Of a stretch of DNA of 64,000 nucleotides, positions 39,801 through 52,833 are shown in pieces (the stretch's first letter is position 1; each line of letters begins with the position of its first letter). The stretch spans positions 54,064,001 through 54,128,000 of the forward strand of contig CM060733.1 in assembly GCA_030704615.1 (NCBI GenBank). The letters run 5' to 3'. The notes beneath the pieces are model-generated. The model searched no databases. It had not been told where the DNA came from and saw nothing but the letters and a program-made list of their open reading frames with translations. A program made the position numbers and the translations under genes. This DNA is from Takakia lepidozioides (taxonomy: Eukaryota; Plantae; Bryophyta).

Positions 39801-41724
39801 TAGTCTATGTCCTAAGATAGACATCTTGTTGCAGGAGAGTAATGACGTCAAAGTAACTGAGAGTAGGTTGGTGAATACAAAAATTTCTTTTGGAATCACA
39901 AACATCATATTCTAAAAACTGTAATATTTAAATGCATGACACATACTTCCATCTTTTGTCGACACTACTTGATAGCATACTTGTTAAGTCAGGACATGTG
40001 TACTTTTGCATTCTCTTTTGTCAATTCTCTGTTAATTTCTCAGGCTATATTGTGTATTATGTTTGTGTCCTATTTGCCTACTGTTTTGTTTGTTTAGAAT
40101 TTTCAGTTACACTCCATGTACTCTTGCAGATGGCAACGGTGTTAGAAGATGGGCTTGAGGCCCTTCGAGAAGATGTGCAGTCGTTTCGGTTTGATGATAG
40201 TCATATCAAGTTATCACGTTCTAAATTGAATCGATCATCTTCTGCTAACGATCAATATCACTTCATGTATGCACCTACCAGCTTGGCTGTGGATGACGTT
40301 CTTCGAAGTTCGTCTTCAAACTGAAACTACAGTCGGCCCTCCGTATCCTGTTAATATTTGGGAGTAACACTTAAAGGATTGTAACACTTTAACAGATACA
40401 AATTTAGGATCAATGAAAAGTAACATTTATAAAGTAAGACTGTAACGAAGAGTATTATAAAGTCTACAACTGCACTTTTTATGAGGGTGTAAAACAAATC
40501 TCAATCTACTGCAATCTATGCAAGTACAATTCTTGCAAACATGTGTATGAAACAAACAGTCCGTCATACTGTATTCTTCAAAGTAACCTCATGTCGCGTT
40601 GTCTTCTTGAAATGAGAAAGACCGTGTTTCTGAAAGCAATGGAAGCCCAATTCACTCCCTACGATTAAGCTCATTCACTTAATGGTTGCCACTACTAAGC
40701 CACTACTATTAAGCTATTTCACTTAATAGTTTCATGTTTTCACTTATTGTGTGTCCACTGGAGTTTCTATTATTAAGTTCATTTATATATGCCCACTTGA
40801 GTTGATCAGAGACTTAAGTTGAGTGAATGAAGAGCACACATGGTCATTATTCAAAGAGGGGAGTAACCAATATTTAACAGTTAAACACTTAATGCCTGCT
40901 TAGTTCATCCAAGTAGGAAGTAAGAATTATGCTAGCACATATAGTTTCACTTGTGGAGGTAACAGACATGGAGGGCCGATTGTAGTTAGCTTCAAAAAAC
41001 AGGGTTCCGGATCGAAAACTGTTAAGGAGCTCGTTCACAACATCATAGCTGAAGGTGAAAGAACCACGCAAGAGAAGGTATTATTTTATTCAGCTCAATT
41101 TGAAACTTGACGGGACTTTCAATTATTTGATCTTAGACTCCTTGCCAAAGTGACATTCTTCTTTGACAATGCAGACTTTACAAAATGTTAGGTTTGGATC
41201 ATTCGCGAGGAGTTGGAAAGTCTATTTTACCAAAATCTTATATGGTTCAATCATAAGCTACCTCCAGCGACTGATCCTGATACTCAGAATGGCTCTACGC
41301 GATGAATCACGCTGAAGAAGGATTTTTAAGGGACTTGTCTGCAAGGGGGTTCACTGTCATTTCATCCATGAAATATAATATCAAGTCAGAGATGACAAGC
41401 TACTTGACCGAAGTGAAAAAAACAAGTGGCAGAAACGAAGCGACGCATATTTTTTTCAACAGCTTTGAGACAGAAAATGCCTAAAAATGCAGGCAATCAA
41501 AGAGGTCAGCAAAATGCCTCAGCTGAAAGTCAGAATTGGCCAGCAGTCAAATGCCTAGAAGACTTTCCTATTGCCCGCTTAACGATCGATCACAAAATCC
41601 ACCTTCTGCGGTCACTTAATGATCTGTCCAAAATCGAAAGTCTACATGGAAGATTGATGCGATGAACGTGTGCATGGAGAGTTAGATTTTTTTTTGCGGG
41701 ATATATTTCCACCTTCAGTGGCCA

Positions 41725-42790
41725 AATATTGGGTGGGTTGGCTTCATGATTACAGACAAATCACACCATTCCATTCACATAACATGCAAAGTCGTCAAGG
41801 CAGAACCAAACTTTATGGTTCCTCGGTCCTCCTTGGCTCTCTTTTGGCACTTTTGGGCATGTGAAGATGCTTTGTGCGGCAGGCAGTCTGGCAGAGGCTC
41901 TGAAGACTTTAAACCAAAGAGGCATTTCAGCAGATTCAGATACGTATGTCTGTCTCTTGCTTAAGTGCATCAAGATAGAAGGTCTGGAAGCTGGAAAGCA
42001 GATGCACACTCACGTTATCCAAAGTGGATTCACGCCAAATGTTTTCTACCCAACGCCCTTGTCAACATGTATGTTAAGTGCGGGAGCATCATGGATGCTC
42101 ACCAAGTGTTCAACAGAATGCCTCAACGATCTTTGATCACATGGAATATAATGTTGGCAAGATTTACCAAGCATAAGTGTGGTAGGAATGCTTTGGAGAA
42201 CTATGAGCAAATGCTGCGCGAAGGGGTGAAGCCCACCCACATCACATTTGTTTGTGTTCACCAAGTGTTCAACAGAATGCCTCAACGATCTGTGATCACA
42301 TGGAATATAATGTTGGCAGGATTTACCAAACATGGGTGTGGTAGGAATGCTTTGGAGACCTATGAGCAAATGCTGCGCGAAGGGGTGAAGCCCACCCACA
42401 TCATATTTGTTTGTGTTTGCAATGCGTATACAAGCCTGGGAGCTCTAGAAAAGGGGAAAGAGGTCCATGGTGACATCGTCAAAGCTGGAATTGTACCATA
42501 TGTCATTCTGAACACTGCCTTGGTGGACATGTATGCCAAATGTGGGTGCATTAATGATGCAAAGGGAGTTTTCAACACTATGACTGAACAAGATGTGGTG
42601 TCATGGAACACGATGCTTGTAGGGTATGCACAGCAGGGAGGTGGTATGGAGGCTTTGGAGACCTATGATCAAATGATGGGGGAAGGGTACTGAAGCTCGA
42701 CCACATCACGTTTGTGTGCATTTGCAATGCATGTGCAAGCTTGGCAGCTCTGGAAAAGGGCGAAGAGGTCCATGGCAATATGTCTAGGTT
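41725..42790 (+). pseudogene. PLS-class PPR gene, frameshifted and truncated, with an internal 159-bp tandem duplication
   Basis: TYVCLLLKC...EAGKQMHTHVIQSG, NALVNMYVKCGSIMDAHQVF, NTALVDMYAKCG, DVVSWNTML. Frameshifts near 42045 and 42688; no E/DYW domain is seen. Confidence 0.85.
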
Positions 42791-43584
42791 TGGCAGACAC
42801 AACAATCTCAGATTTTACTTTCAAAGAAGCCACAAAGGCTTGTCTGGCCTTTTCTCTATGTGAGGGAGTTGTCTTGGAACTGGTTTTTCGATCTTCTTTG
42901 TTGCTGACTAAGTGCTGATGTTGGGGCAGTAATTGTGCACAGGTCTAGCAAAGAGAAAATATCAGCTCTGGCGGCATTCTCAGATCTTTCGACATGGGTA
43001 GGACAACAGGTTAATTAAGGTATGTCTATCTTCATTCAGGATGTGCAAGAGTTTGTTCAAAGGATTGAAGATGGTGAGGAAGGGTTTGTGAATGATGCTG
43101 GCAACAGTATTGTAGTAGGTAGCTTAAAATCAACCACAATTCTGCTGTTTATTACAAACGGTTTCTACTTTTGGTATCGGTTTACTTCTTTGGTAGCAGG
43201 CATTTTGGGTTCCCCGTATAGAGGCTTTGAGCTTTTGTGGTTAAAGCAAAGAAGACGGCTGTGAATTCAGTCAAGAAAAAGATCAAGATCACCAGACTCA
43301 TAAGGGCACACAAGCGGGCCTTTTGGATCGAGGGTTGGTCATTTATCTGCCCGTGGCACAAGGTCAACCACAATCTGTCAATGTGCACCATGGAACCCCA
43401 GGCCGACATGAGATAGGGTACTGTTAGTGGATCATATAAGAGTTCCACCTCAAGTAGACAGAAAGGTTAGTTGAATGAGGCACAATTGCTTGATTGGACA
43501 CCTGCACATGACCGCTTTTGAATGAGGACCAAGAGAGGGAGTCAACAACAACTCTTCCAGCATTTCTGGGGATGTGAGTACATA

Positions 43585-43890
43585 TTGCAGGACATTTGAC
43601 AGAGGTGCTGCACATTTTGAACCTTCAAGGCATTGCTACAGAATACTTATTCCTGTCTTTTGCAAAAGTGCATCAGCATAAAAGGCCCACCAGAAGGAGA
43701 GCTGTTGTACTGCCATATCGTCAGAAATGGGATGCAATCCACACAACTCTCTACTCAACACCCTTGTCAACATGCATGCCAAGTGCGAGACCAGGGTGGA
43801 TGTATAAAAATGCCTGAACTGGATATCATATTTACTTGGAGCAAGGTATTGGTGTGGTTGGAGATTTATGAAAAAATGATACAGGAAAGT
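43585..43890 (+). pseudogene. Second, more degraded PPR N-terminal relic
   Basis: AGHLTEVLHILNLQG / TYSCLLQKC...EGELLYCHIVRNG / LNTLVNMHAKC across frameshifts, paralleling the start of the first PPR relic. Confidence 0.65.
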
Positions 43891-45315
43891 GTGCTACTGT
43901 CGTGGTCTGGCAATGAAAATGCCATTACTCGGTACATGTACTGTAGAAAATGCAAGCCATACCATTAGCTAAGTAATCATAAAGACGGATTCGGTACCCT
44001 CACTAATATTGAAGTATTCCCAGGTTTTGATCCTGGCCCTTTCGATGCTCGAGCAAAGTTGCAAAAGTGATACATACCATATCTTTTGCACGTAATATCA
44101 TGTGCCTGCCATACTGTATCTCTCCCCATTTTCTTTCTGCGCGCATTTGAGAACGATCCCTGATCTCTTATCTTTCCAACTATTATCTCGTTCATAGTTG
44201 CATATGCATTATTGGAAAAGTGACGTTCTTTACATGCAGGAGACTGAATCGTGTGGCAGTAGAGGTAGCATCAGCTGATTGGATGTGGAATGCAAGCCAG
44301 TTAGAATTAATTGTAAGTACAAGAGGAACATGTCAGAAAACCAGTTACTTCTCTGCCTTGGCTTGCTGTTGCTACTCCCATTGGATCCATTACCTTTACT
44401 CACAACTTTCCAACAATTGGAAAGGCAGATAGAAATGACAGTATGGAGCCAAGGTTTTAGCACTCTGTTGGGAGGTCACCAGTCAATGTGGAAGTCAACA
44501 ACAGCTCTGGGCTTGTAATCAGCTCAAAATTTGTCTTAGAGGAATTCAGTGATTGAAGAAGATGAAGACATAAATCGGTATCGAAAGAAAATGTCTACAC
44601 TTTTATGTGGTTTAATGTCATGCACCCATATGTGTGAAGTCAACGTACAAATTTATCATGCCGCATCAATCTAAGACATCACTTCAAGAGTCTTCTTTTC
44701 CCCGGCACGTTCAATGCAGTGGCTGCAATATGGGATTGACAATTCACTCACAAATTTATCACAACCACCTTCCCACAATCGCAACCAACACCATCCCATT
44801 CAAGAGAGGCGAAGCTCATCACTAGAATTCTGGGGCAAAAAACAGACAGGCAGGAAAGCTCAGAGAAAGTGGGCTCTAAAGACATAAGTTACTCTGATGA
44901 TGAATAGGAGAGCCAGTCGTCTTGCCACTGTTGGATGATAAGCATCACACATCAGATTGGCTACCTCTCATCCAGTCCAAGTACCAAGGGATGCATACAT
45001 GCCACATCGTCCACCATGCTCTATATTGTTTGTAGGAAACCGGCCAAACCATACTTAATATACATCCAGGTGCAGACCTCCCCACTATATGCGATAACTG
45101 GATTATCTTTTAGTTCATTGTCTTGAGATTGAACGGCCATTCTTCTTGCGGAAACAATGAACCACCCGATGTGTGTATGTAACACCTTGTGGATGTCACT
45201 GCCCTTTTCGCTAGTAGTGCATAGCAACGCGAAGCCCTAGTAATTATTAGGCACTTTAGTGCCTAATCTGCCGTTCCACTACGGTATATGTACAACTGCA
45301 AGTCCCATTATTCAC

Positions 45316-45531
45316 CAACAGTCAATAGCTCAGTTGGTAAAGTGCACTGATTGCCATCTGGATGACCCTGGGGTCAAATCCTGCTATTTGACGCTCTTCT
45401 CCCCCTTCATGTGTGTCACATCAGAAAGCCTTATAACGAGGTTACTGAGAGGTTAGTTTCTCCTCTCTCTTATCAAGGGGCCTGATTTGTGAGCTGTCGC
45501 TCCCAGGTGTTTCCCCTAATTCAAAAAAAAA
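45316..45531 (+). mobile_element. tRNA-derived SINE, family A copy 4
   Basis: tagctcagttggtaa (Box A), gattgccat, ggggtcaaatcc (Box B), ggggcctgatttgtgagctgtcgctcccaggtgtttcccc and a poly-A tail. Confidence 0.8.
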
Positions 45532-46046
45532 TCTCAGAAAAAAGTTACAAAGTGAAAATAAGCCTGGAGAATGTTTGTGCGGCTAAACTGTAGTAAATGG
45601 TAGGGCCTGCAAATAGTACATAAGGATGGCAGTACTATTGTAGTAATAATACCTGATTGGGAGTGCATGGAAACACCAGTCTCACAGCAGTAGAGACTGA
45701 CGGTGAGGGAGGCTGCGATGATTTGTTTTTAACTGTTTTTGGGATCCATGCTGCGATCGGGTGGGTTCCCACTTCTCTTCTTGGAAGCAGAACGCAGACT
45801 TTGATGCTGGCTTCACTGTTCATTGGGTTCTCCCAGTGTGGAACACATTTTGACGCTTTCGAAATCTTTGAAGCTCTGGGACTGTGCTGGTGGCTATCTT
45901 GTAGGCAGCTTACTGCCTTCTGCTGGGGTTTTCGCGTTTCATTATGAAGCTGAAGTGATCCATCACCATTGAAAGGGGGAAAGAGAGATCGAGAGAGGGT
46001 CAGCCAGCATTATGATTGTTGGAGCTGGTTGCAAAGAACTGAAGGT

Positions 46047-47476
46047 ATGGTAGGAATACCCAATCACAAAGATCGAGCGTCGATGGAATTTCCATTGAAG
46101 TCGAGCAACATGCTGTTGACATTTGTGCTATTGGGCGTGGGGGTCCTTCTGGGAGCAGTGGGCAGTATCCATTTCAGCACACAGGCATGGGGGTATCTTG
46201 CAAATGCGAGGCAGACGAAGTGTCCGCCGGCCACAATCATTGTCACCTCGAAGCATGTGAAACAAAGACATCTAGAACAGGATGTGAAACACAACATGTC
46301 TGATGAAGAGCTTTTATGGCGAGCTTCCATGGCCCCAAGGCGTCGGGGGCAACCTGCGACCCATATTCCCAAGATTGCTTTCATGTTTTTGACCCGAGGT
46401 TCATTGCCTCTTGGCCCACTCTGGGAGCTGTATTTTAAAGGATACGATGATTTTTTCTCGATCTACATTCATGCACTGCCCGGCTACACACCTGATGCCT
46501 CAACATCTTCTGTATTCTACGGCCGAAATATTCCAAGCCAGGTTTGCATAACACCCCTGCCCTTCTCTCTTTCACACCAAAGAGGCAGTGTATGCAATCA
46601 TCGATGAGGGTTGACATTTGAGATATTTGCCTCGGTAACGGGTTCTGACATTGAGAAAGTATTGCTGCGGAGGTACTTTGATTAGGGTAGCCCTGAATAG
46701 TACTTGGGCACGGCTGTTGCTGTCTTGGAATCTCTCTTAATGGCTTTTCTTGTGTGGATGGATCAAAAGCATATGCTGGGTGCCTGAATCTTGATGCTAG
46801 AAAAGAACTTGTTTCTTGCTAGTTCCGAAGAATTTATTTCCATTTTGCCGACTACATTACAATACAGGACGCACAGTGGGGTGAAATCTCTATTTGCGAC
46901 GCTGAGAGACGGTTGCTGGGCAATGCACTTCTAGACTCCTCCAATGAGCGGTTCATCCTTCTCTCGGAGACCTGCATTCCTCTCCACAATTTCAGTCGTA
47001 CTTATTTCTACATTACACAATCGCAGCATAGCTTTGTCTCAGCAATTGATGATGCGACCATTTACGGTCGGGGACGATATGATGTGCGCATGGAACCCGA
47101 GGTCACCATCGAGCAATGGCGAAAAGGAAGCCAGTGGTTTGAAGTAAGTCGGGATCTGGCCATTGACATTGTAGCTGATACAAAGTATTATCCCAAGTTT
47201 CGGGACTACTGTAAGCCCCACTGCTACGTGGATGAGCACTATATCCCTACCATGTTGTCCATAGAGAAGGGTGCCCAGCTGACCAACAGGACTTTGACAG
47301 CCGCAGATTGGTCAAGGGGAGGGGCGCATCCAGCCATGTTTGGCAAGGAAGACATCAATGAGGAGTTTATTTCAAAGCTTCGGGAGTATTACTTCTTTGC
47401 TAGGAAATATTCTCCAAATGCTTTAGATCCTCTACTAAAGCTTGCTCCCACTGTCATGGGCATAAGCGTCGCATGA
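46047..47476 (+). CDS. GT14-like / BC10-type (Core-2/I-branching, DUF266) glycosyltransferase; exons 46047-46541 and 46868-47476 (~367 aa)
   Basis: N-terminal TM helix; HNMSDEELLWRASM, KIAFMFLTRGSLPLGPLWE, FYGRNIPSQ|DAQWGEISICDAERRLLGNALLD, WRKGSQWFE, CYVDEHYIPT, FFARKY. Confidence 0.92.
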
Positions 47477-49490
47477 AGGTAATGAAGGTAATGATGCTCT
47501 CTTCATTACATGAGTTGAGGCGGGTTGATTACTTGGGACTGATTTGAAGGCTTGTACACTTATCTCTTTGCCTGCTGCAGTAATGGTTTTATTTCCATGC
47601 TTAAGAGTCCGTCTTGCTGCATCTTGAAAGTAGTTGTCCTTTGGAGATCTTTTCTTTGCAGCTCTGAGGCATGGTTGTCCACTCCTCTTCCTTGCTTTGT
47701 GTCACTTTCTTGTTTGTGTTTCACATAGAGCAACACTCAATCCCTGAAATGTGATGTTGTGGACCAAGGATGAGCTATGCTTCCTGGCTGAGGGCAAATG
47801 ACTGCCCAAGACATCTGTGTGCGGAAGTGGTTTTCCTAATCAGTGGTTACTCCTAGAACATTATGGGTGTGATGTTCGGGACCAGTCTCATGGAGTCAAT
47901 GTGGAGGAAGACCATGGAGCCACTGTAGATCTCTTTCTTTGCAAGCTGGATGGGGGGTGGAGCACCACTTCACTCGAGCTTCTCCTGCGTGTGACTTATA
48001 ATTGGGGCCTTTTTCAGGATAATGAGGCTCAAATCACTCTCCAAATCAAGAGAGGCAGGTGGTAAGCAGAAAGACAGAAGAAAGAAATGAAATGGTGGTT
48101 AAAAAACATCTGCGGAAAGCTCACAGAATTTATGGGACAACAGAAAGCAAGATACGAGGAAGAAGTGGTGTCCTCAACAGAAAAGCTTGACAGCATATCT
48201 GCATGAGGCTTGCCATCTTAGAGATGTGCTTCTTGTGTAATGACAGATCTCAACGAGGGATTGGCTGCCCCAGTCTGGGCTACCCTAGTGAGAGGACAGT
48301 AAGAAATGTTATTCAGTCCCTATTTCGACGTTATCATCTTTACCATAAGCCAGGCAAAAGCAGTCAGCTTGCTTCAGGTTGTACCATCTACCAGTCTACA
48401 TCCACAGGCTGTGTGCCCACCCTGAACCTTCCCAACTCTGTAGAAGAGTTTAAGATAAGAGTTGCAGACAAGCAATTGGGCTATAAGATTCTATCATAGC
48501 GGAGGACCACGAAGGGCCCGCAATAAGACTGCAGATTTGTTGTAGTTCTCTGGTGCCCCAGGGGATGCACCGGACAGGCCATGTTGCTCGAAGAAATTGG
48601 AGACCCAGGCATACCAACAGTTTTGAACCAGCTGCTTTGAGTCTCATGAGATTGTGCTGGCAGCCACTTAATTTGGAGGAGAGACCACAGCCATGTCAAA
48701 GTAGAAATATGGCTTGCAGTTCTAGTGGTACTCAAGCAAATTCAGCATGTAAAATCTGAGATGCTGTTGTACCTCTAGGCCCACGCATTCCTTTAAGAAA
48801 ATGTGATTGTAGGAGTTCCAGATTGTTCGAAAGAAAGAGATTCAACATGATAGACAGCAAAAGGATATGATTTGACCAGGTTGCACCAAGAGACTTCTCT
48901 TGCGCTGTCTCTCAAGAGGCTACTCACCTCTTGGAAGAGGTATCAAATACGAAGATTGCAATTGCTTTGCAGTTGACCTTTGTCTTCAATCAACGATTTA
49001 GGCTGGTCTTTTGGTGATCCAGCCATGAACTACCGTGCTGGATCATAAATGTCGGCGTGCATGGCCCACTGAAAATCCCCCGGGAGTAACCGAGTTCAAA
49101 GACTGAGATGGACGAGGGTTGGTTCTCTTTTTCTTAACCTCTCCAGTGCTGTCATCTTCCCTAATAGAGCCAAGCCTGCTTTTCTCCTTTGCCATCCTTC
49201 TCTCTTCTGAGACACATCCTACAGCAATTACACGCGTCTAAACGCATAAGAAAGGAACGACCCCAAAATACGGATAGGCTAAAATTGTCTTCCGATATCT
49301 ACCGCAAACTCTTAACGCTGGTTGGATAGCGTTCCAAGGATGCCATGAAGCGAGGTTGAGCATGCCATTGGATCCGCAGGAGGGCAGCATCGCATGCGCT
49401 ACAAGTGGGCGGTTAGTGAAGACGCTTTCTTATGGAGGCTGACTTGCGTGGCGTCCTACATCACGTGGGGAAAGGCCAAGTGTGTTCTGG

Positions 49491-49716
49491 ACCCCCAAAA
49501 AATGTGATTGGTCATAGGGCCCAAGGTTCACACAAGCTTTCTGATTGGTTCAACTTTGAAACCCCACAACTTTGTGTGGACTTCATGAAGTCACGCACTT
49601 CCAAGTGTGTTGGGATGCCCTGGATGTGGAGCATCTTATCAATTTTATCCGGGGTAAAAATGACAAAAATTCACCGTTAGATCTTCCGCCATCGCTAGAT
49701 GAACGGTCATAGGGCT
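49491..49716 (+). repeat. ~225-bp dispersed repeat (MITE-like), copy 1
   Basis: Reverse-complement homolog of 59079-59300 (gtgattggtcatagggcc, tctgattggttc.actttgaaaccc.acaactttgtgt, aaaatgac.aaaattcaccgttagat). Confidence 0.8.
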
Positions 49717-49891
49717 GTCTACCCTAGTGGGAGAGGGGGGGGGGGGGGGGGTGGGGGTGGCTGTCAGATTCCGCGAGACCCATCTTCGCTATTGTCGTGT
49801 GTTTCTGGATTTCAGGTGTAGGCTGTCAGTTCCGCGAGACCCATCTTCGCTAGCGTTTGCATCTAGCAGAGAAGAAGAGTGCATTTGAGCT

Positions 49892-51532
49892 ATGGCTTTA
49901 GAGGAGAAGTCAGCTCTTGTGGCCAGACTCCTGGAGGTCAAGAAAAAGAGTGGAAAAACCTTCAGTGAAATTGCATCAAAGGCGGGCTTGACGAATGCGT
50001 ATGTGGCACAGCTCTTTCATCGCCAGGCCTCATTGGGAGCTGCTAAAGCCAAGGATCTGAGATCAGCTGTTCCAGACCTCACAGACGATCTGATTGCGGC
50101 TATGATGGAGCCTCCCACCCGGACCTATGATCCCTCCCTTACACACGACCCGACTATTTACAGGTCAGTTTCCAGTTGATGTTTGTTCGTACACTTACTC
50201 TTTTGATTACAATGTAAAGCACTTCTATTCATTCTGCATCTCCATTAATTATCTGTTTCAAACTGTGGTTTGTCTCTGGCACCACCGTCCGTGTACCTCT
50301 GCTGTGTTTTCTACAGAAGGCATAATATTTACTATATGCAAAGAACTTCAGTAAACATGAATTCTTGTGTGTATCTACATAGTCTGGAGAATCCGTCAAT
50401 TATATAGCTTTTTTAGAGACTGAACTATGCACCCATGGTGTGTAAGCTCTAGTTCTGACGGATGTGAGGACAAGCTTGTCCGGTGCCGGCATGAGAGAAC
50501 CATCTTTCAGGCCAGGCATTTGAGTTTACTATAAATGGGATACTGAATTGAAACGTCTTGTGATTGTGGAGTCTGGACAGCCAAGAAATTTAGCTGAAGA
50601 CTTGTTTTAAATCTCAATGTTAGCATCATTTAAAGCAACCTGCTCAAGTACTAGGATTCATGTCTGGGGATTCAACTGTACAAGTCCACTCTAGTACGTC
50701 GAAGCTGATTGCAGGTGTGCAGGCGAATTTTCCTGATAGTTGTTTTGAAGTCTTGGAGTTTCTGAATCCTTCGTAGATTTGCACTTAAACATGTATGTTG
50801 GAATGATGAATTGTCTCTGCCTGTGGTTTTGGAGGGGCTGCCAGGTTGCATGAGGCAACGATGCATTATGGGCAGAGCATCAAGGCTATCATCAATGAAG
50901 AGTTGGGTGATGGCATGTAGGGAGCACTCTTATTTCCCTCCCCTCTCTTTTCCGTCCACACATCAGCCAACTCTTTGTGAAAGTGCAGTTGAGGATATGA
51001 AGTGGGGACTGTCTTTTCTTAGTCAGGGAAAAAATCAGGTGTCGGAACCCTCTGAAATCCCCTCGAAACTAAGACATGCAAGTTTGGCGGGGGTGGGATT
51101 ATAGAATGTCAGCTGTAGGTTTCTATTGCACTGTGGAGAAAGTGAAGGGCAAAGAGGGTGAAGACCGCGTGGTGATCATCATGAACGGAAAATATCTGCC
51201 ATTTACTGTACAGGTCCAGTTTTCCTTAACCCCAACTCTAACATGATTTCAAAGGAGACACACAATTTTAAAGATATTTTCTTCTCTGCAAACTTTGGCC
51301 ACTGACTAGCACATAGTCCCTACAGGTCGGATTCAATTCTACAGGAACCAAGTTTTGGAACTTGTAGGCAGTGGTGATTATTTGGAATGTATAACACCTT
51401 GCCATGATGACGCATAGAACTGGTATGACATGCTTATTGTTTGGACTGCTTGGTGAGGTTGTGAAATCTGATGACATAGAGGATCTGCAGACTGTTGACG
51501 GCAATGTTGCCAAGCTTGCACCACCAGCATGA
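49892..51532 (+). CDS. CYN: Cyanate hydratase (cyanase); exons 49892-50163, 50845-50916, 51105-51213, 51491-51532 (164 aa)
   Basis: KTFSEIA...[21 protein letters not shown]|[24 protein letters not shown]|MSAVGFYC...NGKYLP. The catalytic R, E and S are retained. The last exon is supported by a homologous exon in the inverted paralog. Confidence 0.93.
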
Positions 51533-52833
51533 TTCTTCCTCAACTGTTGTTTGTATTAGCTGCTACAAGGAAAGCTGTTTAGTGCTTTCCGTGATATGGG
51601 TGGAAAGTGTTTGGTACATTTTGCGAAGCTGGATCCAAGAGATGACTTCCCTTGCTGACAAAGCAAGAAGCAAAGTGCAAGCTTTCTCGGATGGAGTTTG
51701 ACACAAGTGGAGGATGAAGCTTGGAGACCAGTTATTTTACCCGAGAGTGAGGAGAAGCAGAGTGAGGAGAAGTGGCCTCGATTGTGTAAATTGTGTCACT
51801 CTCTTCGGGATTTTGAGCGAGGTGGCCTCTGGAATAGGTTCAATAAAAGAATGGAAACAATCTCCGAACTAGGAAGCTGTAGTGGCAATGTCTACCTGCC
51901 GATCTTACAGTGATTATATGTAAATAGGAAGAAATGAACTTTTAACTTGAGGCAAAACCCAAAGAGGAGGATTGTCTTCATGTGTTCATTATGAAAGGTA
52001 TGTATACGCCAACCAGCAGTGCCTCAGATTAGCAGCCTCTGCAAACAAGCAAGAGGAAATAAATGCCTTTCATTGAGCAAGCTAGTTCATACCAGTGTAA
52101 TCCCTCAAGCCATGGTCTCGTCTTGATTTGGAAAGAGCAGTTTCAGCTGGTTCAGGAAAACCTCCCATCTTGAAATCTTTAATTCTCAAGGGATTGAAAC
52201 TCTGCCTAGAAGCTTCATAGGAAATAGTGTTCCTGCTCCTACCATTTCCAAGGCTGTTTCGCAGCCAACAATAACACATTTGAGAGATTGAACCTTCCGG
52301 TAGGTGAAGGGCAACTAGAAAGTAACACTGAGCAAGGAAAAGGGTTGGAGATGTACAAACGTCCTTAGTGGATGGAGACTGAATATGCCAGCTTGAAACA
52401 AAAACCTCTGAAAGGTCATAGTACTTGTTACAAAAATGAGAAGCAGACTCCCATACACACTTTGAGACCCCCAAACTAGAAAATTAAGAGTTAGATCCAC
52501 CAAACACAATTGCAACAAGCTTTAGGATTGACTGGTATTTGGAGCATATTTCCTAACAAAAAGGTAAGAATTCCGCTGTCAAAACTCCTGATGGTCAGAT
52601 GGGCTCTTGACAACATGTAAGGGATGCTGTGTTCATCCACAGGGCCATGGGGCTTGCAAAGAGGCCCATCCCGGCTTCCCTTCACCTTTGAAAATCCCAG
52701 AATTCTTCACAAACGAAAAGGAGAGGTGCGGAGCACAAAATCAAGTAGCCTTCTTCGAAGCAGCAGCTATCTAGGAAAAGCATGTGTGACTCTGGAGATC
52801 CAGGTCGAGTTATATACAGCAAACATAGAATAT

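Noticed and set aside
47800-49200. Minus-strand spliced gene between GT14 and cyanase
   Set aside because: Splice-like signals exist (donor near 48925, acceptor near 48755), but no consistent reading frame or known motif could be built.
49892-51532. Recent bacterial HGT of cyanase
   Set aside because: The sequence is plant-type with three spliceosomal introns; cyanase is a normal plant gene.
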